From: Bdellovibrionota bacterium
Lineage (GTDB): Bacteria; Bdellovibrionota_G; JALEGL01; DATDPG01
Direction of reading: 5' to 3'
Assembly: GCA_963668355.1 (NCBI GenBank)
Contig: OY764265.1
Coordinates: forward strand, 1,728,001-1,792,000
Length of the DNA: 64,000 bases
Shown here: positions 50,257-61,189 of the stretch, one piece after another
How the letters are laid out: every line of letters begins with the position of its first letter
Position numbering within the stretch: the stretch's first letter is position 1
Notes under the pieces: generated by a model
The model's database searches: none
What the model was told of the DNA's origin: nothing
Seen by the model: only the letters and a program-made list of their open reading frames with translations
Made by a program: the position numbers and the translations under genes

Positions 50257-53200
50257 ATGAAATCAAGTTTAAGTATGTTCTTAGTCGGTCTTTTTTCTCT
50301 TTTTTTCTTTAATGCTCATGCAGCACCGGTGGCGGATTTGAATCTTTCGGCCACCGCCTCTCCATTATATGGCGACAACGTTACGATTACGTTGACCTTT
50401 GATAATACCGATGCGACTGACACGGGGTACTACCCCATCATGCGCTTTGTCCTTCCTCCAGAGCTGGCTTACAGCAGTGTGGATGATTGCGGAGGATTGG
50501 GCACGCCAACCATCACACAAGACAACTCAGATCCTGGAACCGATCCCTATACGGGTGAAGAAATCACTCTGGCAGCGGGTGAGACGTTGATTGTGGTTAA
50601 GCCTTTGGTGGGGCAGATCACACCGGATCAACCCAATGTGGTTTGTCAGGTCACGGCCACGGCGGCTAGCCAAACCGTTTTTGAGACTGATCAGATCACG
50701 GGCGGTCGGGCCATTTTTGTTTTGGGAGGAGATCCAGGTGGTGTGGCGGACGTCTGTGGAGGCGCGGGCGATACAATTTGTTCCACCGTGCAGACTGCGG
50801 ATGTGACCCCGACCTTATTCACTTTGAGCAAGTCTTTGAGTCAGCCAAGGCCTTCTGGAACGGGGCCAGAGTTTCCAGTGGATTTCACGGTGGCGGGAAG
50901 TTTGGCCTCGGGTCAAACCCTCAATAATGTATCCATTTCGGATGTAATTCCGGATGAAATTGTCCTGACGCCAGCTGACCCTGGGGATTGTAGTACATTC
51001 ACCATGAGTCCGGCTCCGACTACATGCGTGTACACGCCTGATGCTACAGCCACTAGCGGTGGCACGATCGCGTTAACCTATGCGACGCTCAATGCGAATA
51101 CGTCTCTTGAATACACGGGGTATATTCCTGAAACCGATGATGCAAGTGCAGCCGTAATCAATGCGACTACGGGCGCCACCACCACGAGTCAGAACTTAGC
51201 TTCGGCTGACGCGGATGAGTTCCCGTCAGCACAAACCGACCAAGTGACCATCAATCATCGGTCTGTGGATTTAACGAAATCTGTGGCCAACACCAATGAC
51301 CTTGGTGGGAGTGGGAACACGCCGGGAGATACGCTTACCTACACGCTTCGGTTTTCGGTTTCGGACTACTTTCAAATTCAAAACATTACAATCGATGACA
51401 CGATTGGCGATGGACAATTTTATGTAAATGACTCGCTCAATGTGGCGGTTCGTGAGAACGGATCAACCACCAATGTGAACGAACCCAACGCAACGGCTCA
51501 GGGCCATTATTCGCATACCTATAATGCAGGGGATGGCACGACTGATTTAGCGTTGGATCTCGGTGGCATTTTGGGTGATGCGTTCTTTGGTTTCGCTGAC
51601 TCGGTTCTTTCGGGTGATGACACGCATGGCTCGGGTTCATCCACCTTGGTGACCATTACGTACGAAACGACCATTCTGGACGATTATGTTTCTGATCCAG
51701 GTTCTGGAGACACCTCTGTAGATGCCAGCGACGACTTGGTCAATAACGTGAACTCTTTGGAGTTTGATATCGTGGGGGGCGATGTAGATGTGACGCGCAC
51801 CGCGAGTGCTACGGCCACGATTGCGGCGATTACGAGCGTGACAAAAGAAATCTCTCATTTAAATGGCGGGGCTCCCGGTGCGGCCCCGGTGCATATTTCG
51901 GCAGGCGATACAGTAACCTACAAGATCACGACGGTGATTCCGGGCGGTGATGCCGAGGATATGAAGATCACGGACTTTCTACCGCGGCCGCTATTTACCT
52001 CGGCACCTTGTCCCTCCTATAATGCTTCCAACCCTCCTGCAGTTGGCAATTGGACGTTTGGTACAAATGATTCGGGTGTAGCTTCAGGTTCGATTGCCGT
52101 ATCCTGTTCGACCACCAACAACAGCATTGAATTTGCTTTCCCTGATTTTGATGTGGCAGGAGGAAGCAGCGGAACCGTGGAAATCTATTTCACGGTGACA
52201 GCTCAGAATGAGCCTATTCAAGATGGTTTGCTTCAAGTGAACTTGGCTCAACTTACCTACAACGACAGTACGAATACGGCGGCGGCGACCGCGGTGGCCA
52301 CACAAAGCTTTGTGGGGGACGCTCCAGAACTGAGCGTCTCGAAAAATGCAACCTTGGTCAGTGGCAATTCCAGCATCAGCGATGGTGATGTCAGTGAGGC
52401 CGAAGGTTCAGAGGAAATTACGTTTGAAGTGGACATCGAGAACACCGGTGCGGAGACAGCTTTTGATGTGGAGTTAACCGACACGTTGCCAGCGGGATTT
52501 GGGCCTCCTTCAGGCGGTGCTTGTTCGGGGGCTGCATGCAGTTATGCGATATCCCTAAGCGCAGACTGTAATAATGGTGGAGCATCGACTCCGGATACCA
52601 CGACCGATGTCGATCAGGATGAAATCAAAATTACCGACATGCAAATTGCGGCAGGGGATACGTGCACGGTTACGTACACCCTAAAATTGGATTCCACGGT
52701 TGTCTGGGGGAGTGAAATTACTAACACAGCTACGGTGAGATTTGCTTCCGAGCTGGGTGGTTCAGATTTTTCTCCTGCCACGGACAGTTCGAACGTAACC
52801 ATTGATGAGCCTTCTGCTACGATCGCGGTTTCTCAACCTTCGGGTGAAGTTGGGGACTCGATTACCTATTCGATTACGGTCGACCTTCCTCAGGGACAAA
52901 GCTCCAGTTTTAGTGTGACGGCACAAGAGCGCACGGCTGATTTCTGGGGGACTTTGGACGTTTCTGATTTCTCCGTTGCAATGACGGGTGGTCTTTCTGG
53001 GGCGGGACCCTTTTGTTCTACATCCGATACCGATCTTTGTTTCACCAACGACCCAACCGCCACTGGGTCCCAAAGTGTCAATACAACATTTTTTCTCATG
53101 AACCTGGGAGCCACTTCCAATGTGAACACCGATTTTGGTGCCCACACGTTTACGCTTGAAATCACGGCGCAGGTTCTTCAGGAGGTTACGGGAAATCATA

Positions 53201-56200
53201 ATACACGTGCCCGCATTATCTCAGAGGCCGGGACTGCCTATTCGAGCAATGTTGGTTTTAACGTATTGGCCCCGAGTTTAACGATCACCAAATGTGCCGA
53301 CGCTGCGACTTCAGCGGCAGCACCACTTTCTTTGGCGGACTCAGCGGGTTTCCGTGTGATGATTGAAAACAATGGAACCAGTCCTGCTTATGATGTTACG
53401 GATGTCGTGGACAAGCTCTATAGAGGGCTAGTTTATTCCTCCAATACGGTTACTGCATACTATTGCTCTGATGGGGCCAGTGCGGTGTCCTGTGGTGGTT
53501 GGGTGTCGGGAGATTGTGCGGCTCAAGGGGGAACGCTTTCAACCGTATCGGCAACCGTTCGCGCAGGAGAGTCTGTAGAAGCAGCCAACTTTGGTGTGGA
53601 CGGACGACAAGACCTAACCTTTCCGGTGATAGATGGTTCGGGAAATCCTGACATCGAAGTGGACGGGTATTTCGTTCTCGAATTTACCAATGACATTTCA
53701 TGTGAGAGCGCGGCCGATGGAAATGATGAAAACAACTACGGTGTGCATACCGACGACGATGGCTTTGTAGATGGATGCACATTACCTCGATTGCCGGAGG
53801 GCAATACGCTTTCCAATAGTGTTTCGGTTACATCGTACACCAGTCAAGATGGCGTGTTTGCAGGTGAGGGAGACTACGGTCCAACCAACTCTAACACTCT
53901 TACGGTGACGCTCGATCACGATGGTGATGGCATTCCGAATTCATCGGAAGGCGATGACGGCGATGATGCCGATGGCGATGGCGTGCCCAACTATCTGGAC
54001 ACAGACTCCGACGACAACGGCATTGATGACGCTACGGAAGGCACTGGAGATGCTGATGGTGATGGCATCCCAGATTATCGCGACATCGATGATGACAATG
54101 ATGGCATCACGGACGCCGATGAAATTGTAGCTGGAGGAGATTCGGATACCGATGGCGATGGAAGCAACGACTACGAAGATCCCGACAGTGATGGCGATGG
54201 CATCGGGGATGGCGATGAAGGTGGAATCGGAACCGACACCGACGGTGACGGAACCGACGACTATTTAGATTTGGATTCGGATAACGATGGGATTCCAGAC
54301 TTAATTGAACAAGGTCTCGGCGCCTACGAAACCACAGGAGATGGATTGCTTTCGCCGGCCGAAATTACCGCATCCGGATTAGATGTTGACGGTGATGGTG
54401 CGATCAATGAAGACGAACTTGCCGGTGGCTTTTTTGATGATGCCGATGGTGATGGTGATCCGAACTTTAGAGAATTGGATTCGGACAATGATGGTCTGCC
54501 GGACTTGGATGAAGCCGGCTTGTCGGTATTCGATGACAATGGCGATGGGTACATTACAACCGCAGAAGGTGCCGACATTGACGACGGAGCGGGAGACGAC
54601 GTATCGGGTGGCGATGATGATGACAACTCAGCCCTGGACCTCGACGAAATTGCAGATGCTGATTTCGATTTAACGCCAGACTTTTTAGATCATGACTCGG
54701 ATCAGGATGGAGTGGCTGACATCATTGAAAACGGTCGCTATGTTTGTGATGCCAACACCAATGGCGAAATTGACTATCCTGGTGAAGTCACAGGTTGCAC
54801 GGGTGATCCCGATGGAAATGGGAACTCGGATGGTTTCATTCAGATTGGTGAATTAGCCCTGCTTGGCAATGACGTCGATAGCATTCCGGATTATCAGGAT
54901 GTGGACTCAGATGGTGATGGCATCGGCGATATTATTGAAGCCTCCGCAACCGATCGAGATAACAATACAGACGGTGAAATCACGGGAATGGAAACCTTGA
55001 TTTCAACGTTTGCGGGATTGGAAGATACCGATTCCGATACGACGACGCCGGACATCTGGGATACAGACTCCGATGGAGATACGATTTTGGATCTTCATGA
55101 AAGTGATGATGCCAATGATGACTATGATGCAGGAACGATCGTGGTGCTCTGGAGTGGTTTGTTTGACTCAGACACTGATCCAGATGGAACGCCCAATCCA
55201 GACGGAACGCCGGACTTTCGCGAAACGGATTCCGATGACGATGGTTATTTAGATGAAGACGAAGCAGGAGATGCCAATCCAAATACGGTACCGGTTGATT
55301 TGGAGCCCAATGGAACGCCTGAGTTTCAACAGTTTAATCGACCCGAGTTGGTCATCACAAAATGTGTGTCTTCGACCACGGCTGGAAATGAGCCGATCAC
55401 GTTGGCCGATGAACTCGAATACATCATTCAGGTCAAGAACACCGGTGATCGTGGCGCCTATGACGTAGACAATGTGGTGGACAATCTCATGCAAGGCCTT
55501 AAATACACAGCCGGTGGCGTGACGGCCTTTGCTTGTAGCGCAGGTGCTTCAACTGACTCGTGTGAACATAACTGGGGAGCGGATGCCGATTGTACAGACG
55601 TCTCCACCGATGTTCGTGGCGTAGAAGTTGTGGAAGCTCCCATTGGAGGCGACAACCGACAGGAAATTGAATTTCCGGTGTTTGATGGTGTGGCTGGTGA
55701 TCCAGATATGGGCGTGGATGCTTACTTCGTTGTGAAATTTACGGCGGACGTTTCGTGTGAATCAGCAGCGGATGGAAATGGTCCGGATGCCTACGGAGTC
55801 CATACCGACAACGACGGCTTTACCGATGGATGTACGGATCCACGTATGCCCTATGCCGCTACGGTAGACAATGTCGCATCAGTAGTTGGATACGAAATCT
55901 TTAATGGTGATGGAGCACCACCTTATTACACGCTAGGAAATTCCAACACGGTAAGCCTGGACATGGATCATGATGGCGATGGCATCATCAACGATGATGA
56001 AGATGGTGGAACCGGCATCCTCGACTCAGATGGTGACGGAGTTCCCAACTATTTGGATTCGGATTCTGACGATAATGGCATCTCCGATGACACGGACGGA
56101 ACGGGTGATGCCGATGGTGATGGCACCGAAGACTATGCCGACACCGACGATGACAATGACGGAGTAAACGACGCGGATGAAATCGTATCCAGTGGCGGTG

Positions 56201-59200
56201 GAGTTGATACGGATGGTGATGGAGCCAACGATGAAGTTGATCCTGACGCCGACGGCGACGGAATCATCGACGGTGACGAAGATGGTGAAGGAACCGATAC
56301 CGATAGTGATGGATTGGATGACTTCCTAGACACCGACTCCGATAACGATGGTATTCCGGACTTCATCGAAAATGGTCTAGGAGCCTATGACACGGATGAT
56401 GATGGGTTGCTGTCTCCTGCGGAAATCACGGCTTCCGGTTTGGATGACAATAGTGACGGAGCCATTAGTGAGTCTGAGTTAGATGGAAGTGGAGGAGCTT
56501 TCCCCAACACGGATGGTGTGGGCTCGACCTACAACTTTCGAGATGATGACGCCGACGATGATGGTCTTCCCGACCTCTATGATTGGCTATTGGAAGAACT
56601 CACGGTCGCGCAGATCAATGCCATCGATACCAATGGCAATGGCTACATCGATACGCCCGGTGAAGAGATCGCTTTAGGCAATGCTGTGGGTGATGCAGAT
56701 GGTGTAATTGAAGCCAGTGACATGAACGACCTAGATTCCGATTCAATTTGGAATCATTTGGATACGGATTCGGATCAAGATGGCGTTCCCGATATTTTGG
56801 AGAATGGTCGATATGTTTGCGATGTTAATGGCGATGGTGACATCGATTATCCTGCCGAAGTCACGGGTTGTACGGGTGATCCAGATGGCAACGGCAACAG
56901 CGACGGCTTCATTCAGCCGAGTGAGTTGACCGTGCCTGATCGCGATACGGATGCGACGCTTGATTATCTAGATCGGGATGCTGATGGCGATGGAATAGGC
57001 GATTTGATTGAAGCCTTCTCGGCTGATGTAGATGGCAACACGGATGGTTTTATCTCCACGTTGGAATATGCCATTGCGATCGTCGGCATTGGTGACGCGG
57101 ATGCAGCTCTGGATTTCAACGAACTTCCAGATACGGACACCAACGGCACGCCCGATATTTGGGATACCGATAGTGATGGAGACACCATTCTTGATTTACA
57201 TGAAAGTGACAATCGAGAGGCTTATAACGCTTACAATGCGAACACGTTGGTGGTTTTGTGGGCACATTTATTCGACTCCGAAGCGGCTCCAGATGGAACG
57301 CCAGACTTTCGGGACACAGAATCAGATGGTGATGGCGTGTTGGATTCCGTGGAGGCTGGCGACGTGGCTACCGGTACGGTTCCCGTAGACACCGACAGTG
57401 ATGGGGATCCTGACTTTCAGGACTTAGACAGCGACGGTGATGAACTAAATGATGAAGATGAAATCACCTTGGGATCCAATCGAATCGTCACCGACAGTGA
57501 CGGCGATGGCTGCTTTGACGGTTGTGAAGTGTTTGGCAACGTCAATGCATTTGCTGCCTGCCCTTACGATGATGTAGCCAACGCAGGTTGGTATCCTGGA
57601 GCAGGAAATGTAGGCGCTCCCATCACGGATCCCACGGACTCCGATACGGATGATGGTGGAACCAATGACTGTGATGAAGCGAGCAACCCACCCGGCGACT
57701 ACACCAATCCTATGACTGGAAACGGCGCGGACGATGCGTGGCATGCCGAGGATAATGACAATGATGGTCTGACCAATGACGAAGAGACGTTTAATACGTT
57801 AACCGACCCCAATGATAACGACAGTGATGATGACGGTTGTACGGATGGGTGTGAGGTTTTGGGCAATACGGCCGGTTGTGTTTACGATGACGCGGCCAAT
57901 TCACATTGGTTCCCTGGTGTGGGCACCTTGGCCAATCCTGTGACCAATCCGCTCAGTACGGACACCGATACGGACACGTGTAATGACTGCCTCGAAGCAA
58001 CAACCATGAACACCAATCCCAGAGTGACCGATACAGATGGTGACGACGTCAACGATTGTCGTGAACGAACGCTAGGCACTGATCCAAATGACACGGATTC
58101 TGATGATGACGACCTTACAGATGGAGAGGAAGTCAATGATATTGGATCCGATCCGCTGGATACAGATACCGACGACGATGGTTGTTTGGATGCTGATGAG
58201 GTCAACACGTATGAAAGTGATCCCCTTTCTGATCCAGATACGGACGGAGATGGCCTGACGGACTGTCAAGAAGACGGAACTTACGGCACCGATCCCGAGC
58301 TTGAAGACACGGATGATGGAGGCATTGACGATGGTGTGGAGGTCAATACGTTTAACACCGACCCGCTTGATCCATTGGATGATTGCCCCAACACCAGAGA
58401 CACAGATGGTGATGGGTTGTCTGACTGTGAAGAGGTTTCTTTGGGAAGCGATCCGACGGATGCCAGTGAAATTACGATTCAAGGTTCAGGTACGGATGGC
58501 CTGTTTGGTGTGGGCTGTGGCCAAACGCGCAAAGGGGCTGGTTTAGGGTTGTTGTTTTTCCTTGGCCTGGCTGGCCTGAGCATGGTTTTAAGAAGACGAA
58601 GAGTCTTGCTTAGCCTGGGCGTGATGCTCGGCATTTGGATGGCTCTGAGTCCTGCCATGGCCTTGGATGTGCAGCTTTTTAGGCCGGCACCGGATCGAGG
58701 TGATGGCGTAACGGTTCGGGGCTCCAATGTTCTGGACGTCAATCAATGGCAAGCGAGTCTCTTTTTGAACTTTGTTAGAAATCCAATTGAGTTTGGTTTT
58801 CGAACCGATGATCCTCGTGTGGACGATATCGTGAACTGGTTTCTCACCAGTAATGCGATGTTTGAGTTTGGCCTTCATAAACGAGTTACGCTCGGTGTGG
58901 ATGTTCCGGTCAACTTCTTAAGCAATGTCGAAGGCCTTACGCAAGTGGATGACGATGAAGACATGTCCTTAGGTGATGTGCTTATTCGCGCCACGATTCA
59001 GCTTCGTTCAAAACTGAACGATGGAGAACGTCAATGGGGCTTTGCTTTGGTTCCTTTTATCACTGTACCCACGGGATCCGAACCTGATTTTATGGGGCAG
59101 GCCAATGTGACGGGTGGAGTTCGCCTGGTGGCCGATCGTTGGATTTCTCCGCGAAACTATCTGGCATTTAATATTGGCTTTCGAGGAAGAGAACGTGAAC

Positions 59201-60186
59201 GCATTGCCAACTTAAATGTGAATCACGAGCTTTTGGGATCGGTCTCCTATGTGAGAAAACTTTCGGTAGAAAAGAAATGGGATTTCTTTGCCGAGATGTT
59301 TGGCTCTGTGGCTACCACCGACTTCTTCACAGAAGAAACATCTGCCCCTGTTGAATTCGTGGCGGGTTTGAGAAAATACTGGAAAGAACGAGAGTGGGTT
59401 TGGGTTTTAGGCGCAGGTCGTGGCATGAACAATGGCGTTGGAGCACCAGACTATCGCGTGTTCACGGGGCTGACCTACACGCCTCAAAAAGAAAAAGAAC
59501 CCGAACCAGTTCCAACACCCACACCGATTCCCATGGGAAAACTTAACGTTACAGTGAAAGATGCCCAAGGGGATGCGGTTCTTGCATCATTGTTGTTGCA
59601 GGATGCAGAGAAGACTCAGGTCTTTTTGGAGGAAAATGCTTCGGAGTTGGAAAGAGAACTTACGCCCTCCAATTACATGCTCTATGTGCAAGCCAAAGGA
59701 TATCAATCTAAGGAAGAGTTCGTGGAAATGGCGGATGCGCAGCATGTGATCAAGGAAATCGTACTGCTTCCCAAATTGGGTAAAAAGATCGAACTCATCG
59801 GTTTGGTCCACTTTGATTTGAACAAAGCAACCATCAAGGAAGAGTCGTATTCGATTCTGGATAACGTGGTTGAGGTTCTCAATAAGTACCCGGACGTGAA
59901 AAAAGTTCGAGTTGAGGCTCATACCGATAGTCAGGGCTCTGAGGCGTACAATCTAGACCTTTCCAAACGAAGGGCTAAGGCTGTGATGGTTTACTTGATT
60001 GATAAGGGGATCGATGGAGATCGATTAACCTCACAGGGTTTTGGTGAAACGCGTCCGGTGGAGACCAACGAAACCAAAGAAGGTCGAGCGAAAAACCGCC
60101 GCGTGGAATTCACTATTTTGGATGATGGATCTCAGACATCCATCGAAAATAAAAAAAGTGAAGAACGGCCTGTGTCTCAAGATTGA
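50257..60186 (+). CDS. Giant 3309-aa surface adhesin (DUF11/fimbrial isopeptide-like domains, TSP3-like Ca-binding repeats) fused to an outer-membrane barrel and OmpA C-terminal domain
   Basis: Signal peptide; K-S-V...PGDTLTYTL domains; many DxDxDGxxD repeats; internal GC-TM-RRRR tag; HFDLNKATI...HTDSQG...NRRVEF OmpA domain. Confidence 0.9.
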   Translation: MKSSLSMFLVGLFSLFFFNAHAAPVADLNLSATASPLYGDNVTITLTFDNTDATDTGYYPIMRFVLPPELAYSSVDDCGGLGTPTITQDNSDPGTDPYTGEEITLAAGETLIVVKPLVGQITPDQPNVVCQVTATAASQTVFETDQITGGRAIFVLGGDPGGVADVCGGAGDTICSTVQTADVTPTLFTLSKSLSQPRPSGTGPEFPVDFTVAGSLASGQTLNNVSISDVIPDEIVLTPADPGDCSTFTMSPAPTTCVYTPDATATSGGTIALTYATLNANTSLEYTGYIPETDDASAAVINATTGATTTSQNLASADADEFPSAQTDQVTINHRSVDLTKSVANTNDLGGSGNTPGDTLTYTLRFSVSDYFQIQNITIDDTIGDGQFYVNDSLNVAVRENGSTTNVNEPNATAQGHYSHTYNAGDGTTDLALDLGGILGDAFFGFADSVLSGDDTHGSGSSTLVTITYETTILDDYVSDPGSGDTSVDASDDLVNNVNSLEFDIVGGDVDVTRTASATATIAAITSVTKEISHLNGGAPGAAPVHISAGDTVTYKITTVIPGGDAEDMKITDFLPRPLFTSAPCPSYNASNPPAVGNWTFGTNDSGVASGSIAVSCSTTNNSIEFAFPDFDVAGGSSGTVEIYFTVTAQNEPIQDGLLQVNLAQLTYNDSTNTAAATAVATQSFVGDAPELSVSKNATLVSGNSSISDGDVSEAEGSEEITFEVDIENTGAETAFDVELTDTLPAGFGPPSGGACSGAACSYAISLSADCNNGGASTPDTTTDVDQDEIKITDMQIAAGDTCTVTYTLKLDSTVVWGSEITNTATVRFASELGGSDFSPATDSSNVTIDEPSATIAVSQPSGEVGDSITYSITVDLPQGQSSSFSVTAQERTADFWGTLDVSDFSVAMTGGLSGAGPFCSTSDTDLCFTNDPTATGSQSVNTTFFLMNLGATSNVNTDFGAHTFTLEITAQVLQEVTGNHNTRARIISEAGTAYSSNVGFNVLAPSLTITKCADAATSAAAPLSLADSAGFRVMIENNGTSPAYDVTDVVDKLYRGLVYSSNTVTAYYCSDGASAVSCGGWVSGDCAAQGGTLSTVSATVRAGESVEAANFGVDGRQDLTFPVIDGSGNPDIEVDGYFVLEFTNDISCESAADGNDENNYGVHTDDDGFVDGCTLPRLPEGNTLSNSVSVTSYTSQDGVFAGEGDYGPTNSNTLTVTLDHDGDGIPNSSEGDDGDDADGDGVPNYLDTDSDDNGIDDATEGTGDADGDGIPDYRDIDDDNDGITDADEIVAGGDSDTDGDGSNDYEDPDSDGDGIGDGDEGGIGTDTDGDGTDDYLDLDSDNDGIPDLIEQGLGAYETTGDGLLSPAEITASGLDVDGDGAINEDELAGGFFDDADGDGDPNFRELDSDNDGLPDLDEAGLSVFDDNGDGYITTAEGADIDDGAGDDVSGGDDDDNSALDLDEIADADFDLTPDFLDHDSDQDGVADIIENGRYVCDANTNGEIDYPGEVTGCTGDPDGNGNSDGFIQIGELALLGNDVDSIPDYQDVDSDGDGIGDIIEASATDRDNNTDGEITGMETLISTFAGLEDTDSDTTTPDIWDTDSDGDTILDLHESDDANDDYDAGTIVVLWSGLFDSDTDPDGTPNPDGTPDFRETDSDDDGYLDEDEAGDANPNTVPVDLEPNGTPEFQQFNRPELVITKCVSSTTAGNEPITLADELEYIIQVKNTGDRGAYDVDNVVDNLMQGLKYTAGGVTAFACSAGASTDSCEHNWGADADCTDVSTDVRGVEVVEAPIGGDNRQEIEFPVFDGVAGDPDMGVDAYFVVKFTADVSCESAADGNGPDAYGVHTDNDGFTDGCTDPRMPYAATVDNVASVVGYEIFNGDGAPPYYTLGNSNTVSLDMDHDGDGIINDDEDGGTGILDSDGDGVPNYLDSDSDDNGISDDTDGTGDADGDGTEDYADTDDDNDGVNDADEIVSSGGGVDTDGDGANDEVDPDADGDGIIDGDEDGEGTDTDSDGLDDFLDTDSDNDGIPDFIENGLGAYDTDDDGLLSPAEITASGLDDNSDGAISESELDGSGGAFPNTDGVGSTYNFRDDDADDDGLPDLYDWLLEELTVAQINAIDTNGNGYIDTPGEEIALGNAVGDADGVIEASDMNDLDSDSIWNHLDTDSDQDGVPDILENGRYVCDVNGDGDIDYPAEVTGCTGDPDGNGNSDGFIQPSELTVPDRDTDATLDYLDRDADGDGIGDLIEAFSADVDGNTDGFISTLEYAIAIVGIGDADAALDFNELPDTDTNGTPDIWDTDSDGDTILDLHESDNREAYNAYNANTLVVLWAHLFDSEAAPDGTPDFRDTESDGDGVLDSVEAGDVATGTVPVDTDSDGDPDFQDLDSDGDELNDEDEITLGSNRIVTDSDGDGCFDGCEVFGNVNAFAACPYDDVANAGWYPGAGNVGAPITDPTDSDTDDGGTNDCDEASNPPGDYTNPMTGNGADDAWHAEDNDNDGLTNDEETFNTLTDPNDNDSDDDGCTDGCEVLGNTAGCVYDDAANSHWFPGVGTLANPVTNPLSTDTDTDTCNDCLEATTMNTNPRVTDTDGDDVNDCRERTLGTDPNDTDSDDDDLTDGEEVNDIGSDPLDTDTDDDGCLDADEVNTYESDPLSDPDTDGDGLTDCQEDGTYGTDPELEDTDDGGIDDGVEVNTFNTDPLDPLDDCPNTRDTDGDGLSDCEEVSLGSDPTDASEITIQGSGTDGLFGVGCGQTRKGAGLGLLFFLGLAGLSMVLRRRRVLLSLGVMLGIWMALSPAMALDVQLFRPAPDRGDGVTVRGSNVLDVNQWQASLFLNFVRNPIEFGFRTDDPRVDDIVNWFLTSNAMFEFGLHKRVTLGVDVPVNFLSNVEGLTQVDDDEDMSLGDVLIRATIQLRSKLNDGERQWGFALVPFITVPTGSEPDFMGQANVTGGVRLVADRWISPRNYLAFNIGFRGRERERIANLNVNHELLGSVSYVRKLSVEKKWDFFAEMFGSVATTDFFTEETSAPVEFVAGLRKYWKEREWVWVLGAGRGMNNGVGAPDYRVFTGLTYTPQKEKEPEPVPTPTPIPMGKLNVTVKDAQGDAVLASLLLQDAEKTQVFLEENASELERELTPSNYMLYVQAKGYQSKEEFVEMADAQHVIKEIVLLPKLGKKIELIGLVHFDLNKATIKEESYSILDNVVEVLNKYPDVKKVRVEAHTDSQGSEAYNLDLSKRRAKAVMVYLIDKGIDGDRLTSQGFGETRPVETNETKEGRAKNRRVEFTILDDGSQTSIENKKSEERPVSQD

Positions 60187-60343
60187 GACATCACTAAATT
60201 GGGTGGTGCTTGGGAGCACGTGGGAGTAGGTCTGTGGGGGGCACCTGTCGACAAGTGTCGTTCTCAATACGATGATGTCTATATTGCTGTTTCTGAAAAG
60301 CTCGATGCCAGTGTCTTCGTTTTCAGGTAGGAAGTGTATATCC

Positions 60344-60979
60344 ATGTTCACGTGTCCACTATGCCGCACAATAATCAAAACTTCTCCAAAGACGATTGGC
60401 CAGATGAGATACTTCTCCTGCACACAATGCAGGCTGATCTTTCTCGATCCCTCTCAACGGTTGTCGAATGCCCGTGAGCGCGAGCGGTATGAGAAACATG
60501 AAAATTCCATTCACGATCAGGGATATCGGAGATCACTGCAAGGGTTGGTCACGGAAATGCTTCAACGTCTTCCTTTGAGGGCCAAAGGCCTGGATTTTGG
60601 TTGTGGACCGGGCCCCGTGTTGTCGATCATGTTTCAAGAAGAGAATCATCGTGTGTTTGAATACGATCCTTTTTTTGCTCCCGACGCAAAACTTTTGGAT
60701 CAGACGTATGATTTCATCACATGTTCAGAAACACTTGAGCATATTTTCCATCCAGAAAAAGAAATGAACTTACTCCACTCCCTTCTACGCCCAAACGGAT
60801 GGCTAGGAGTCCAAACAAAAATGTTTGAAGACTGGGAAGAATTCGCTCAATCTTCTTATCGGCGAGATCCCACTCACGTATGTTTCTACAATCGCAGTAC
60901 GTTTCTTTGGATGGCTAGAAAAATGTCCTGGAAAGTCGATTTCCCAGGAAACCATCTAGTTTTGATGCAAAAGATGTAG
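60344..60979 (+). CDS. Class I SAM-dependent methyltransferase with N-terminal Cys4 zinc site
   Basis: CPLC...CTQC, LDFGCGPG, YDPFF, ETLEH, DPTHVCFY. Confidence 0.88.
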   Translation: MFTCPLCRTIIKTSPKTIGQMRYFSCTQCRLIFLDPSQRLSNARERERYEKHENSIHDQGYRRSLQGLVTEMLQRLPLRAKGLDFGCGPGPVLSIMFQEENHRVFEYDPFFAPDAKLLDQTYDFITCSETLEHIFHPEKEMNLLHSLLRPNGWLGVQTKMFEDWEEFAQSSYRRDPTHVCFYNRSTFLWMARKMSWKVDFPGNHLVLMQKM

Positions 60980-61123
60980 CTTCCGGATCACGGTTTGGCC
61001 GGGAGGTTCCAATGTGAAGAATGCCATCGAAGGCCTATGCAAAAAGTGTTCGGGTGCTGAAAAAAGGCCACGTCTTTTTCGAAAAAGAGCAATAAAATCA
61101 ATAGTATAAAATTTTTTAAACGG

Positions 61124-61138
61124 TGGCACAGAACCTGA
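61124..61138 (+). promoter_or_regulatory. Possible variant sigma54 promoter
   Basis: TGGCACAGAACCTGA: perfect -24 box, -12 is GA rather than GC; AT-rich upstream. Confidence 0.35.
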
Positions 61139-61189
61139 AATCCTTCACGGAAATATTAAATTTCAAAACTTAGAAGGGTGGGAGAGGAA

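Noticed and set aside
53900..58460. Highly repetitive GAT/GAC/GGT DNA as a CRISPR or tandem-repeat array
   Set aside because: Repeats are degenerate codons of in-frame DxDxDG protein motifs; no fixed repeat-spacer pattern and no cas genes.
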